From assembly GCA_964589445.1 (NCBI GenBank), contig CAZPQX010000001.1, forward strand, positions 28,600 through 92,599: 64,000 bases of DNA. Reading direction: 5' to 3'. This stretch comes from an uncultured Candidatus Saccharibacteria bacterium. Its GTDB lineage: Bacteria > Patescibacteriota > Minisyncoccia > Phycocordibacterales > WO2-35-19. Both the position numbers and the translations under genes were made by a program. The first letter of the stretch is position 1; the number at the start of each line of letters is the position of its first letter. This document shows, one piece after another, positions 28,951-38,776 of this stretch. The notes beneath the pieces were generated by a model. That model did not search any database and was not told where the DNA came from. It saw only the letters and a list, made by a program, of their open reading frames with translations.

Positions 28951-31599
28951 TCAATTTTGAGTCAGCAAGGATCTGACTTTAATGTTATCTGGCAAAGTGT
29001 CTGGTGTGTAGCGGATATAGGTGATCTCATTACCTTTATCTGTATCGTTGTACGATATCCAGTTAGTACCTCCATCGATTGTTTTCTCCCACGTTCCAGC
29101 TTGAGTAACTGAATCGTCATCAAGAAGTAGTCCTCCAGTGACTGCGTCATATAGTCTGATTCGCAACGTTGGCACAACCGAACCAAAAGCTGTAGCAAAA
29201 CGCCACGCAAACTGTTTGCTTGACTCTACTGTTTTACCACTTGATGGTTGGTAATGTGAGTCAGTTGAAAGGTCATCATATAAAACAGCGACGGACATTA
29301 TCCTACCGGGTACACAAAGTAAACTGATAGTTGTAAATTCAAACATAAATTGAATACTAGTTGATGGTGACAAACCAGTTAAATCACCATCTTCTGCCAA
29401 TTGGATCCATGCGCCGGTATTGTCTGTTATTCCACTTGTTCTATAAAAAGAAAATGTAGAACCTGTCGGTATACGGAATTCCTCACTTCCTAAGTGATCA
29501 ACGACTGAAGTCATCATTCTTTTAAATGAACTACAATCAGGAGTAAATATTTCAGGGGTTATGACTCGCTGGTTAGTTGATTCTGAATAAAACCAATGGG
29601 CACCGAGCGGTAGGGCATACATCTGACAGAGCGCGGCTGTAGCACCATGTTTTACTATGTGAGCTATGCCGTTTTCACTCCAAACAGAAGTAACCTGAGA
29701 AGCGGTGTTGAAGTGGATCGGAGCATTAGGGTCAGCAATTGACTGGTCTTGCTGTTTATCGTCAAGACCAAAAAATCGGTCAAACTGGTCCCCCGCTACC
29801 GCGGGGTAACGAGTCACATAATGTTTAAACGCGGTAGCACCTGTAGTCAATACAATCAACCGATCGATAGAATCTGAAATTTCAATAACGTTCAGGGCTC
29901 CTGTAGCTGGAAAGGTGCTCACTGAGCCAGGTGGGATTTCTGGTCGGTTGTCAGAGATCCAGCCGAGATTACCATCAAATATCTTTGATATCGCTGCTCT
30001 ATAAATACGAGTTGCGGTTAAGAAATAGAGAGATTTTTCGTTAATACCTGGACCATGAAGCAATGTGCCTACACGTCCATTATTTACACCAACCACAGTA
30101 CCTGTGACAAGTTGTGGTGCGGTAGATATTACATCAGCAGAGTCAATGATAAATGAAGCACCTGGACCGATACTTCCAGCGGAAGCCGAAAGAACAACAA
30201 CAGTTGTAGATGTAAATGAAGCAATGGTATACCAGGTAGTTACATTGGCTATACTTGTGGTACTAAAAGCGATACGCATGCCCACCATTGCTGAAGTGAA
30301 CACAGCACCTGAAGCCGTTACAGATGTACCTGATACTGTGACAGTAGTCGCACTTGAAGTAGAAGTGACATATGCAATAGTCATTAGCATTTTACCTGAT
30401 GTTACAGTACCGGTTGCTCTCAAGTTGTACCGGAAGCATCTCATAAATGTAGAACCGATACCATCAAGTACATATGCGTAATGGAGTCCTTTGTTGAGTT
30501 CTGTGTCTATAGCAAGACCACACGCCGCTTGGTTGGTGACTACGTTACCAGTGGTGCCCGCATCACAGAGCCAATAGACTCCCCTCTGGTCATTCACCGA
30601 AGTCGCGATAGAAGGAAATGTGGAGCCTGCAGTCGTGAAGTCGTGGTAGCCAGCACCTTTGAGTAGGAAGAGGCCGCCGTTTGCGGCGGTGCTGTTTGTG
30701 AGGGCAATAGCAAATCTCAACTCCTCGATGACGTAAGAAGTACCTGCAGGGATAACACCAGGTGAGGTGGTAAGTCCGATAGAAGTATTGCTATTGATTT
30801 GTCCGATATGATACCACTGCGTGATCTGCGTTGGGTCAGTGGAGCCAAAACCGATGCGGGGACCGAGGCCTCCGGCGACAGCAGTGGCGCCGGTGCCGGC
30901 GGCAATACCATCCGTTTGAAATAGTGTATTTGTCCCAGTAACAATACAATCCGCAATCACAAAAGCAGTACCAGCAGCATAGGCGCTGGAGGCTCCTAAG
31001 ATGTTCATAGTGGAAGTGGTGGCAAAAGAAATGATTGGATACCAACAATTAATTTGAGCTGGGTTAGTACTTCCAAAACCAATCATTTTACCGACATATG
31101 TTGCGAGGAATCCTGTTGCAGAGTGAGTGACGAGACCTGCAGTTGACACAGTCACGGTACCAGTTGAGTACACTGATGATGGAGCAGCTACAGCTACAGT
31201 GCCCGTAGTGTGGAGGTAGCGGAGTGCACGGAAGCCACGGTTTACGTTGGTACCGTTTGGTGTGGTTGCTGTTATGAATCCTTTCCAGTTGTAGGTAGCG
31301 AGACTCTTGTTGTATTCATATAAAAAGATACGTTTCGTGGCACCAGTGCCGTTTTCAAGAAGAAACACCCAATCAATAGTGGAGCTATATGTGATGGCAT
31401 GAGGAAATACCATGGCCACACCAGTGGATTCTTCCATAGGTCTCGCTACCGCTACTGGCAATGGCCCCACAAAATTATCTTCCGGATTGGTACCACTTTT
31501 TTGGATCATCAATGTTCCCAAGTTTGTCTTGGTTGAATCGTATGAAGCTATTGGTGTCGTTGCTCCGTTGAAGATGTGTTCGACTGCGCGTAGTGACAT
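28951..31599 (-). CDS. large paralogous repeat protein C (882 aa)
   Basis: N-terminal 348 aa identical to B; middle and C-terminal parts are mosaic with A (e.g. 'SLYFLTATRIYRA...GNLGWISDNRPEIPPGS'). Confidence 0.7.
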   Translation of the reverse strand: MSLRAVEHIFNGATTPIASYDSTKTNLGTLMIQKSGTNPEDNFVGPLPVAVARPMEESTGVAMVFPHAITYSSTIDWVFLLENGTGATKRIFLYEYNKSLATYNWKGFITATTPNGTNVNRGFRALRYLHTTGTVAVAAPSSVYSTGTVTVSTAGLVTHSATGFLATYVGKMIGFGSTNPAQINCWYPIISFATTSTMNILGASSAYAAGTAFVIADCIVTGTNTLFQTDGIAAGTGATAVAGGLGPRIGFGSTDPTQITQWYHIGQINSNTSIGLTTSPGVIPAGTSYVIEELRFAIALTNSTAANGGLFLLKGAGYHDFTTAGSTFPSIATSVNDQRGVYWLCDAGTTGNVVTNQAACGLAIDTELNKGLHYAYVLDGIGSTFMRCFRYNLRATGTVTSGKMLMTIAYVTSTSSATTVTVSGTSVTASGAVFTSAMVGMRIAFSTTSIANVTTWYTIASFTSTTVVVLSASAGSIGPGASFIIDSADVISTAPQLVTGTVVGVNNGRVGTLLHGPGINEKSLYFLTATRIYRAAISKIFDGNLGWISDNRPEIPPGSVSTFPATGALNVIEISDSIDRLIVLTTGATAFKHYVTRYPAVAGDQFDRFFGLDDKQQDQSIADPNAPIHFNTASQVTSVWSENGIAHIVKHGATAALCQMYALPLGAHWFYSESTNQRVITPEIFTPDCSSFKRMMTSVVDHLGSEEFRIPTGSTFSFYRTSGITDNTGAWIQLAEDGDLTGLSPSTSIQFMFEFTTISLLCVPGRIMSVAVLYDDLSTDSHYQPSSGKTVESSKQFAWRFATAFGSVVPTLRIRLYDAVTGGLLLDDDSVTQAGTWEKTIDGGTNWISYNDTDKGNEITYIRYTPDTLPDNIKVRSLLTQN
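30557..31599. repeat. second copy of the ~1.04 kb direct repeat
   Basis: See 27905-28947. Confidence 0.85.
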
Positions 31600-31613
31600 A
31601 ATAAAATAACTGA

Positions 31614-32204
31614 TTAAACTTCTAAATAATCCATATTAATCTGCACTGTTCCTGTACCATCTATGACCGCATAAAAAACTTCATCTACCCCGCCTTCTAT
31701 ATAATTTGGATGGTTGTTTGAACCATACAAGCCCCCAGTCTTCGGTGCATAATAATATTCGAAGTTTGTACCGCCTGCGGTAAACCGGAAGGCGACACTA
31801 GTCATATCGGCCGACAAAGAAAATTTTGCATTATAGATACGTATTTTTTTACCAGAAGCTGGTGTGTGCACAGTGCCCGAGCTAGTCAAACCTATAGTTT
31901 TTTTGAGTATAAGATTCCCCGTCTTTATTGCTGGGTCTATCCTTGTATTTGAACTGTCTCTGACACCCACTACACTAGTTGATGGTGTACCTCCCATCAC
32001 CAAAGCTTCTGCTTTACTTGGTAAAAGCTGACTTGCGACGACACCAGCACCGACTATCCCAGCTAGCTTAATAAAAGATCTTTTATCGTTATCAAATTCA
32101 ATATTTGACTCCTGTACCAGATCAACAGGAATAGTATTTGCCACTTGAGTGACATCTACTTTTTTATTTTTTACAAGCTTAAAAGAGTACTCTGAAGAAA
32201 TCAT
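31614..32204 (-). CDS. secreted protein with twin-arginine-like (KR) Tat signal peptide
   Basis: 196 aa; 'DKRSFIKLAGIVGAGVVASQLLPSKAEA' = S/T-(K/R)R-x-F-L/I-K motif + hydrophobic h-region + AxA cleavage site; first gene of the surface operon; divergent from tatC/tatA. Confidence 0.55.
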   Translation of the reverse strand: MISSEYSFKLVKNKKVDVTQVANTIPVDLVQESNIEFDNDKRSFIKLAGIVGAGVVASQLLPSKAEALVMGGTPSTSVVGVRDSSNTRIDPAIKTGNLILKKTIGLTSSGTVHTPASGKKIRIYNAKFSLSADMTSVAFRFTAGGTNFEYYYAPKTGGLYGSNNHPNYIEGGVDEVFYAVIDGTGTVQINMDYLEV

Positions 32205-32265
32205 TTTTAAATTGTGAATACATTATGGATTATATTATGAAGAAACGATGAATACAAAATAATCT

Positions 32266-33042
32266 GTGTATATGATGAAGAAAAATAATGTATACTGCTC
32301 ATATAAAAATCAAATGGACGAATTTAATAAAAAAATAGAGAAATTTTTACCCTTTTTAGAAGATTTGCGCGAGCGTTTATATAGAGGAGTTATATTATTT
32401 GTTATTTTTTTTATAGTAGGCTTCTTTTCTACTGGTTTAATCCTAAAAAAAGTTTTAAACATTATAAAAATTGACCAGGTCACAATTTCCACATCTTCAC
32501 CATTTCAATTTGCAGACATTGCGATGGATATGGGTTTTTTCCTTAGCATAATGGTTTCGGTACCCTATATAATCTATAGTTTTTATGCATTTATAGTTCC
32601 TGCCCTAACAAGGAAAGAGAAAATTAAATTTTTAAAATCTATCCCCATAAGTATAGGGTTGTTTGTTGTGGGATTTTTGTATGGTTTTTTTATACTTTAT
32701 TATGCACTCGGAATTTTAGCATCACTAAATACAAGCTTGGGGATATCCAACATATGGGATATAAGCCAATTCCTATCACAGATTTTTATCACGGCCGCAC
32801 TCTTAGGTTTTGTATTTGAATTCCCTCTTGTGTTGACCTTATTTGTAAAGATGGGGATGATAAACAATCAACTACTTAAAGATAAAAGGCGTGCAGCTTA
32901 CTTTTTTATACTCCTCCTTACATCTTTACTTCCCCCAACTGACGGCATATCATTATTAGCAATGTCATTGCCACTCGTGTTATTATACGAAGCGACAATA
33001 TTAATAAATAATAAAAAAGAACATGCTTGGATTAGGACCTAG
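32266..33042 (+). CDS. tatC: Sec-independent protein translocase TatC
   Basis: 258 aa; 6 TM segments; 'FLEDLRERLYRGVILFVIFFIVGFF' matches the TatC family. Confidence 0.8.
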   Translation: MYMMKKNNVYCSYKNQMDEFNKKIEKFLPFLEDLRERLYRGVILFVIFFIVGFFSTGLILKKVLNIIKIDQVTISTSSPFQFADIAMDMGFFLSIMVSVPYIIYSFYAFIVPALTRKEKIKFLKSIPISIGLFVVGFLYGFFILYYALGILASLNTSLGISNIWDISQFLSQIFITAALLGFVFEFPLVLTLFVKMGMINNQLLKDKRRAAYFFILLLTSLLPPTDGISLLAMSLPLVLLYEATILINNKKEHAWIRT

Positions 33043-33190
33043 AGAAATAATTATTTTGGCCGTTGTACTAGTTTTGCTTTTTGGATCAAAGAAAATACCA
33101 GAACTTGCTAGAAGCATAGGTGAAGCTATCAGACATGTTAGAAACGGTTTTTCTGATGTAGAAAAAGATAAATCAGATAAGTTATCTTAG
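33023..33190 (+). CDS. tatA: Sec-independent translocase TatA/E
   Basis: 55 aa, not in the ORF track (<60 aa): 'MLGLGPREIIILAVVLVLLFGSKKIPELARSIGEAIRHVRNGFSD' is a canonical TatA TM + amphipathic helix; overlaps the tatC stop. Confidence 0.7.
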   Translation: MLGLGPREIIILAVVLVLLFGSKKIPELARSIGEAIRHVRNGFSDVEKDKSDKLS

Positions 33191-33219
33191 TTTCCCAAAT
33201 AATTATTACCAAATAGTAA

Positions 33220-33813
33220 ATGAGTAATTGGAAGCGAATTTCTTTGATAGTTTTTGTGTTAATTGGAGGCACAGCTACTTTTAGCTATTGGTCTATAAAC
33301 CAATTTAATTTGGCTTTTAATAGTCTAGATACTTCGTACCTCGCAAGCACACACGAAGCATACTCTTCTCTTAGAAGACAGGTTGATTTGGCTTCCACCT
33401 CTCCCCAAGCTTCACAAATTTCAGCTTCTTCTACTGATACTAATATCGAATTATCATTCTCTTTTCCTAAAAAAGGCTTCAACATATATAGCGGATGTAC
33501 TTACGAGATACCACTACAATCTTCCACTACTATAGCTTCAATAGAAGCTAGTCTGATAGACAGAGGTACAAAAGATTTGATTAATATTACAAAAAGCGGC
33601 TTACAAAAAAACATCGAGTTAGAAAATAGTTCACAAAATTTTAAATGGAAAGTTGGATCAGTTTGGCCAGGAGAATACTATATACAAACATCAAAAATAA
33701 ACGGCTCTGATATACAAACAAAGAGTGAGATATTCCTTATAAACAGAATGCCAGAAGACATAGACGTCCCCGCACAAAAAGAAATCTGCAAACAATCAAA
33801 CGGAGTTCTATAG
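33220..33813 (+). CDS. hypothetical membrane-anchored extracytoplasmic protein
   Basis: 197 aa; N-terminal TM 'ISLIVFVLIGGTATF'; no known motifs. Confidence 0.5.
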   Translation: MSNWKRISLIVFVLIGGTATFSYWSINQFNLAFNSLDTSYLASTHEAYSSLRRQVDLASTSPQASQISASSTDTNIELSFSFPKKGFNIYSGCTYEIPLQSSTTIASIEASLIDRGTKDLINITKSGLQKNIELENSSQNFKWKVGSVWPGEYYIQTSKINGSDIQTKSEIFLINRMPEDIDVPAQKEICKQSNGVL

Positions 33814-33831
33814 GGAGATTTTTATCTATTT

Positions 33832-35253
33832 TTGTGTATAATCTCCATTATGCATAAAAATAAAATAAAAACCTTATTAATATTAAGTATCTTTTTCTTT
33901 TTTGGTATAAATACTGCTTTTGCAACTGATTGTAATTTCAACAACATGCCAAACATGCAGTTTAGAGATAACAATATTTATGTTAAATCCCTTCAAGAAA
34001 CACTGAATTCTTCAAAAGACACTCAGGTATCAATGTATGGAGATGGATCACCAGGCAAAGAATCAACTTATTTTGGTACTGCTACATACAAAGCAGTTAT
34101 AAAATTTCAGGAAAAATACAGATCTGAGATACTAACACCTGTAGGAATTACTAATGGTAATGGTTTTGTTGGATCTGCAACAAAAAAACAATTAGAAATA
34201 GTGTGTCTATCGACAAACCAATTATCAAATAGTCAAACAAATACAACATTAGTAAATTCAGTAAACCAGTTGGCCGCAGCATATAATTCACTACAAAAAA
34301 GTTATAATAACCTACTGAATTCAAAGAAAAACAACTCCAATTATTACAAAAAAATAAACACATCTACATCCACAGCAACACAAAATAATAACAATTCTTC
34401 AAATACTGTCTCAATTAACCAACCAACGACGACTCCTGCAATTCCGACAATAAATACAAATTCAAAAATGCAGTGGGGTGCTTATGTTGGATACAACCAA
34501 ACTGATTTGGCAAATTTTGAATCCCTTGTTGGTAAAGAAGCCAATATCCAAGCTATTTTTTGGGGATTTGATGATACCTTCCCATCTCTATATAAGTCTA
34601 CAGTTGGAGAAAAAGGCAAAACATTAGTTATTTACTGGGAACCAAATTTTGGTTATGACAATATAAATAATGGAAGCCAAGATGATTATATAAGAAAATT
34701 TGCAGAAGGAGCCAAATCTTATGGTTATCCAGTATTACTCAGCCCCTTTGATGAAATGAACCTAAACGAAGAAGCGTGGGGTTATGGAAACAATAACAAT
34801 AATGCTTCTAAATTTTTAATATCTTGGAAAAAAATAAGAGACATATTTAATTCAGTGGGAGCAAATAATGTAAAATTTGTAATTACGTATAATAATGTTT
34901 CTATTCCAGATGTGTCTGGAAATAAATTTCAAGACTACTATCCGGGTGATAATTATGTAGACTACATAGGTATAGATGGTTTCAATTTTGGAAATCCGTG
35001 GCAAAACTTCAGTAGCGTTTTTGACAATACAATAAAAACACTGTCCACATATAACAAACCTATATACATAATGTCTACCGCTTCAGCAGCCGGCAACAAC
35101 AAAGCCGCATGGATAATTGATGGGTTGGGAACCCAGATAAAAAATTATAGCAATATACTTGGTTGGATATGGTTTAACCAAAACAAAGAACAAGATTGGA
35201 GAATAAACTCTGATATAAATTCTCTTGCTGCGTTTAAATCCATCTTGCCTTGA
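33832..35253 (+). CDS. secreted glycoside-hydrolase-like enzyme with N-terminal peptidoglycan-binding domain
   Basis: 473 aa; signal peptide; PG_binding_1-like 'VKSLQETLN...DGSPGKESTYFGTATYKAVIKFQEKY'; the C-terminal TIM-barrel-like region 'QWGAYVGY...VIYWEPNFGYD...YIGIDGFNFGNPW' resembles GH26-type glycanases (family uncertain). Confidence 0.55.
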   Translation: MCIISIMHKNKIKTLLILSIFFFFGINTAFATDCNFNNMPNMQFRDNNIYVKSLQETLNSSKDTQVSMYGDGSPGKESTYFGTATYKAVIKFQEKYRSEILTPVGITNGNGFVGSATKKQLEIVCLSTNQLSNSQTNTTLVNSVNQLAAAYNSLQKSYNNLLNSKKNNSNYYKKINTSTSTATQNNNNSSNTVSINQPTTTPAIPTINTNSKMQWGAYVGYNQTDLANFESLVGKEANIQAIFWGFDDTFPSLYKSTVGEKGKTLVIYWEPNFGYDNINNGSQDDYIRKFAEGAKSYGYPVLLSPFDEMNLNEEAWGYGNNNNNASKFLISWKKIRDIFNSVGANNVKFVITYNNVSIPDVSGNKFQDYYPGDNYVDYIGIDGFNFGNPWQNFSSVFDNTIKTLSTYNKPIYIMSTASAAGNNKAAWIIDGLGTQIKNYSNILGWIWFNQNKEQDWRINSDINSLAAFKSILP

Positions 35254-35283
35254 CTTATGTTAATTTATGTGCAATATGTTTGA

Positions 35284-36330
35284 ATGCCTCGAGCTAAAAA
35301 TAAAGTAAAAATATCACTCCTAGTTCCCTGTTACAACGAAGAAAAATCCCTAAGGGCATCTATTTGTGCCGCACTAAAACAAACCAGACCTTTTGATGAA
35401 ATGGTTTTTATAGACGACTCCTCAAAAGATGCGACTCCCGAAATATTAGCCTCTTTTGGAAGTAAAATTACCGCAAAAAGAACTCCCAAAAATACAGGGA
35501 ATAAATCCAGTGCACAAGAATTTGGTATGCAATTTATAACAGGTGACATAGTTGTTACAACAGACGCTGACACGTTACTAGATAAAGATTTTGTTAAACA
35601 AGCAGAAAAAAGTTTTGAGGATGAAAAAGTTGTAGCTGTAGCAGGACACGTTAAAAGTTTGCCCTATAACTGGCTTACACTATGTAGAGCTTTTGAATAT
35701 ATAATAGGACAAAATATCCACAAAATGGCCCAGGATCATTTGGGTTATATATTTGTAATGCCTGGGGCAGCAAGTGCTTTTAGAACAAAATTATTCAAAG
35801 AACATATCACCTTTGACCACGATACAATCACAGAAGATCTGGATTTTACATATAAAATGCACAAAAATAACCTGAAAATTATATATAATGAGGATATGAT
35901 TTCTTATACTCAAGATCCTGCTGATTTAAAGAATTATATAAATCAAATGCGCAGATGGTTCGGTGGTGGATGGCAAAACTTGTTAAAACACTACAATATA
36001 ATAATCACGACACCCATAAGGGCAGCAGAATTAGCACTACTTTACTCAGAAGGACTTATATTTTCGGTGTTAGTTTTTGTGTTACCACTCCTAAACATAT
36101 ACTTTGAAGTTAAATTAATTATTGGATATTTTATTGTTTCATTATCTTTTGCTATTTGGGCAGCATGGAAAGAAAAAAGAATTGCTCTGGTATTGGCACC
36201 CTTCCCCTACTTAATACTGGTATTCATAAATTCCTATATTTACCTTGAACAATTCATAAAAGAGATTATACTAAAACGCCGAAACTTAGTCTGGTTTAAG
36301 CCAGAAAGAGTTGATATAAATACAAATTAA
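35284..36330 (+). CDS. family-2 glycosyltransferase with C-terminal TM helices
   Basis: 'ISLLVPCYNEE', 'FIDDSS', 'TTDADTLLD' (DxD), 'QMRRWFGG' (QxxRW-like) are characteristic of processive GT2. Confidence 0.8.
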   Translation: MPRAKNKVKISLLVPCYNEEKSLRASICAALKQTRPFDEMVFIDDSSKDATPEILASFGSKITAKRTPKNTGNKSSAQEFGMQFITGDIVVTTDADTLLDKDFVKQAEKSFEDEKVVAVAGHVKSLPYNWLTLCRAFEYIIGQNIHKMAQDHLGYIFVMPGAASAFRTKLFKEHITFDHDTITEDLDFTYKMHKNNLKIIYNEDMISYTQDPADLKNYINQMRRWFGGGWQNLLKHYNIIITTPIRAAELALLYSEGLIFSVLVFVLPLLNIYFEVKLIIGYFIVSLSFAIWAAWKEKRIALVLAPFPYLILVFINSYIYLEQFIKEIILKRRNLVWFKPERVDINTN

Positions 36331-36343
36331 TTAATACCCAGCC

Positions 36344-36610
36344 ATGCCCCTAACACCATTTGTCGGACTTTCTACTTTTTTACATCTTTTTGTTATTTTA
36401 TGGAAGAAATTTATTGGTTGGAAACTTCCAGCCATGCATTATACAGGCAAGTTCAAATTAATATTTCAAGCGGGAATACTTCTAATGATGACCGTTATTT
36501 TTTCAGGAATAATGTTTGGGGCAATAAGTCTAATAGTTAAGAGTACAGAAGACAAACACTCCTCAATACAAATAGTCAAAAATTCTGCTCATTTTTTGAT
36601 AGATAAATAA
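36344..36610 (+). CDS. small membrane protein (88 aa)
   Basis: Two hydrophobic helices; directly follows the GT2 gene. Confidence 0.35.
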   Translation: MPLTPFVGLSTFLHLFVILWKKFIGWKLPAMHYTGKFKLIFQAGILLMMTVIFSGIMFGAISLIVKSTEDKHSSIQIVKNSAHFLIDK

Positions 36611-36721
36611 TTACACAATCTTTTTGTTTATAAGTAAAATATTTTAAATTTAATACAAACACTTGACTATTTATTATATTTTTGTTAATAAAACCTATAC
36701 TTTAATTCAAAATAACAACAT

Positions 36722-38764
36722 ATGAACAGATTCACAGCGGAGACAGTACTGCCAAAATTTACTGTAATTACAGCAATTATTACAATACTAGTATTTTCAC
36801 CCCTAAAATTACTAGCCTCTTCAAATCTAATCTTGAATTTTGATTTTGAGTCAAATTCTATTAATTCTACTAATCCCGACAATTGGTTTACTGGCACATA
36901 TGGTTCAGCGAGTACAACTTTTTATTACCCAGCATCGGGACCATTGGGAGATAGCGACAAATCAGCTAATATTACAGTATCAGACTACCTTGATGGAGAT
37001 GCTAAATGGATTTTCGAAAAAGTCCCCGTTAAAGCCGGCTATGAATACGAGTACTCTGATAGCTACAAGTCAGATATATCCACAAATTTAACAGCTGAAT
37101 ATTTTGATTCAGAAAACAATCATATTTCTTATGGTGGTTTTTTTAACCTTCCTTCAACCTTGGGAGAATGGCAGACAAGTAATGCCACCTTTACAGTTCC
37201 TGCTGGGGCTTCTTTTATGACTGTCTACCACCTAATATCTGGTAATGGTTCTCTAACAATCGATAATGTAAATTTATCAGAAACTTCTGTACCAGAAGCT
37301 TTTGATTATGGTTTTGTAAGCCTTACTTTTGACGATGGATGGGTTTCTCAATACAGTAATGCTTTTCTAGAAATGAAGAAAGATAATATACCAGGTACTT
37401 TTTTTGTTATAAGTACAGCAACAAAAAACTCCTCCCTAAATATTTTGAAAGATAATGTTACCACTGCAGATATGGTAGTTTCTAGTACCACAGATAGTAT
37501 TACTTGGTCTCCACTATACCTTGATCCAAGTATTCAAGAATATTTTTTCTCTGATCTATATACAGCGACAGCTACAAGCACAATATCTATAACCTACAAA
37601 ACAAGTAACCCTGAATTATCTCACACCATAACATCTCAAATTTTACCACCTGGTGAAAACTTAAACGGCTCTTTTTATTTTTCTTTACCCCCATCAATTG
37701 TAAATGGAGTAACAATTAAACACTCTGCAGAATCAGGAACTCTTGCTACCTCTAATGAATCAATGAATAGGTTGATTAACAGCTATATGAGCAAAGAACA
37801 ACTCCTTGATATACAGCGTAGTGGGAATGAAATTGCTGTTCACACCAAAGATCATTGCAACCTATCATTTATAACTGATACTGCACGATGTGCATTTATT
37901 CCCACAGGACCTCTAACACTGTCCCACCAAATAAATGATGCTCAGAGCGAATTGATTTCAAATGGGCTTAGTCCAGCCAATACAATAGCTTACCCGTATG
38001 GATCTTCTAATTCATCTGTGTATGATTTTATGAAATCTAATGAAATGTTTGTTGGTGGACGTGGTCTTAATATAGGTTATAACTATAAGAATTCAAAAAA
38101 GTTTGATCTAAAAGTCCAAATAATAGACGCCTCCACAACCCCAGACCTCATAGAAACATGGATACAATCATCAATCTTAAATAAGAGTTGGTTAATACTT
38201 GTATTTCATCAAATTGATAACCCTGTTAAGTTACAGAGTTTGGGTGAAAGTGGTGGTACTAGTCCAGATATATTCAAATCGCTTCTTGAGTATATTAAAA
38301 ATAACAATATACCTGTGAAAAGCATGTTAGATGGAGTGAATATAATGAATAACAATATTTCCACTACTACACCTCCAAATAACCCAGAAATAGAAAGTAC
38401 AAATCCCAACACTAGCAGTAATAATAATTACATTGGTAACACTGGTGGGAGTCGTAGAAGTTTAGTAATAATTACCAAACAAAATGAAAATGCCACATCT
38501 ACCGGAGAAGTTTTGGGAACAACAACTTACAAATTTATTCGCAATTTACGTGTAGGTTCAAGAGGTGAAGATGTAAAAGAATTACAAAATAGACTCACCC
38601 TAGACGGAGTATACTCAGGACCCATAACCGGATACTTTGGAATACTAACAAAGGGAGCTGTGATATCTTACCAAAATAAATACGGAATTAATCCTGTTGG
38701 TATAGTAGGACCAATAACTAGAAATCATCTTAATTTGTTTGCTTTAGTATATAAAGTAAAATAA
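36722..38764 (+). CDS. secreted polysaccharide deacetylase (NodB homology) with N-terminal carbohydrate-binding-like domain and C-terminal PG-binding domain
   Basis: 680 aa; 'GFVSLTFDDGWVS' NodB motif 1; CBM-like N-terminal beta-sandwich ('GSLTIDNVNLSE'); C-terminal PG_binding_1 'GSRGEDVKELQNRLTLDGVYSGPITGYFGILTKGAVISYQNKYGI'. Confidence 0.7.
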   Translation: MNRFTAETVLPKFTVITAIITILVFSPLKLLASSNLILNFDFESNSINSTNPDNWFTGTYGSASTTFYYPASGPLGDSDKSANITVSDYLDGDAKWIFEKVPVKAGYEYEYSDSYKSDISTNLTAEYFDSENNHISYGGFFNLPSTLGEWQTSNATFTVPAGASFMTVYHLISGNGSLTIDNVNLSETSVPEAFDYGFVSLTFDDGWVSQYSNAFLEMKKDNIPGTFFVISTATKNSSLNILKDNVTTADMVVSSTTDSITWSPLYLDPSIQEYFFSDLYTATATSTISITYKTSNPELSHTITSQILPPGENLNGSFYFSLPPSIVNGVTIKHSAESGTLATSNESMNRLINSYMSKEQLLDIQRSGNEIAVHTKDHCNLSFITDTARCAFIPTGPLTLSHQINDAQSELISNGLSPANTIAYPYGSSNSSVYDFMKSNEMFVGGRGLNIGYNYKNSKKFDLKVQIIDASTTPDLIETWIQSSILNKSWLILVFHQIDNPVKLQSLGESGGTSPDIFKSLLEYIKNNNIPVKSMLDGVNIMNNNISTTTPPNNPEIESTNPNTSSNNNYIGNTGGSRRSLVIITKQNENATSTGEVLGTTTYKFIRNLRVGSRGEDVKELQNRLTLDGVYSGPITGYFGILTKGAVISYQNKYGINPVGIVGPITRNHLNLFALVYKVK

Positions 38765-38776
38765 AACTATTTTTGA

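Noticed and set aside
24171-30956. Short ORFs inside or antisense to the three large paralogs (24171-24383, 24387-24788, 25643-25936, 27319-27630, 28065-28304 = 30717-30956, 30065-30481 etc.)
   Set aside because: Embedded in longer, repeat-conserved reading frames on the minus strand. The identical pairs just reflect the 1 kb duplication.
18950-31600. CRISPR array
   Set aside because: The direct repeats in the window are long (about 1 kb), protein-coding and lack short spacer periodicity; no cas genes are present.
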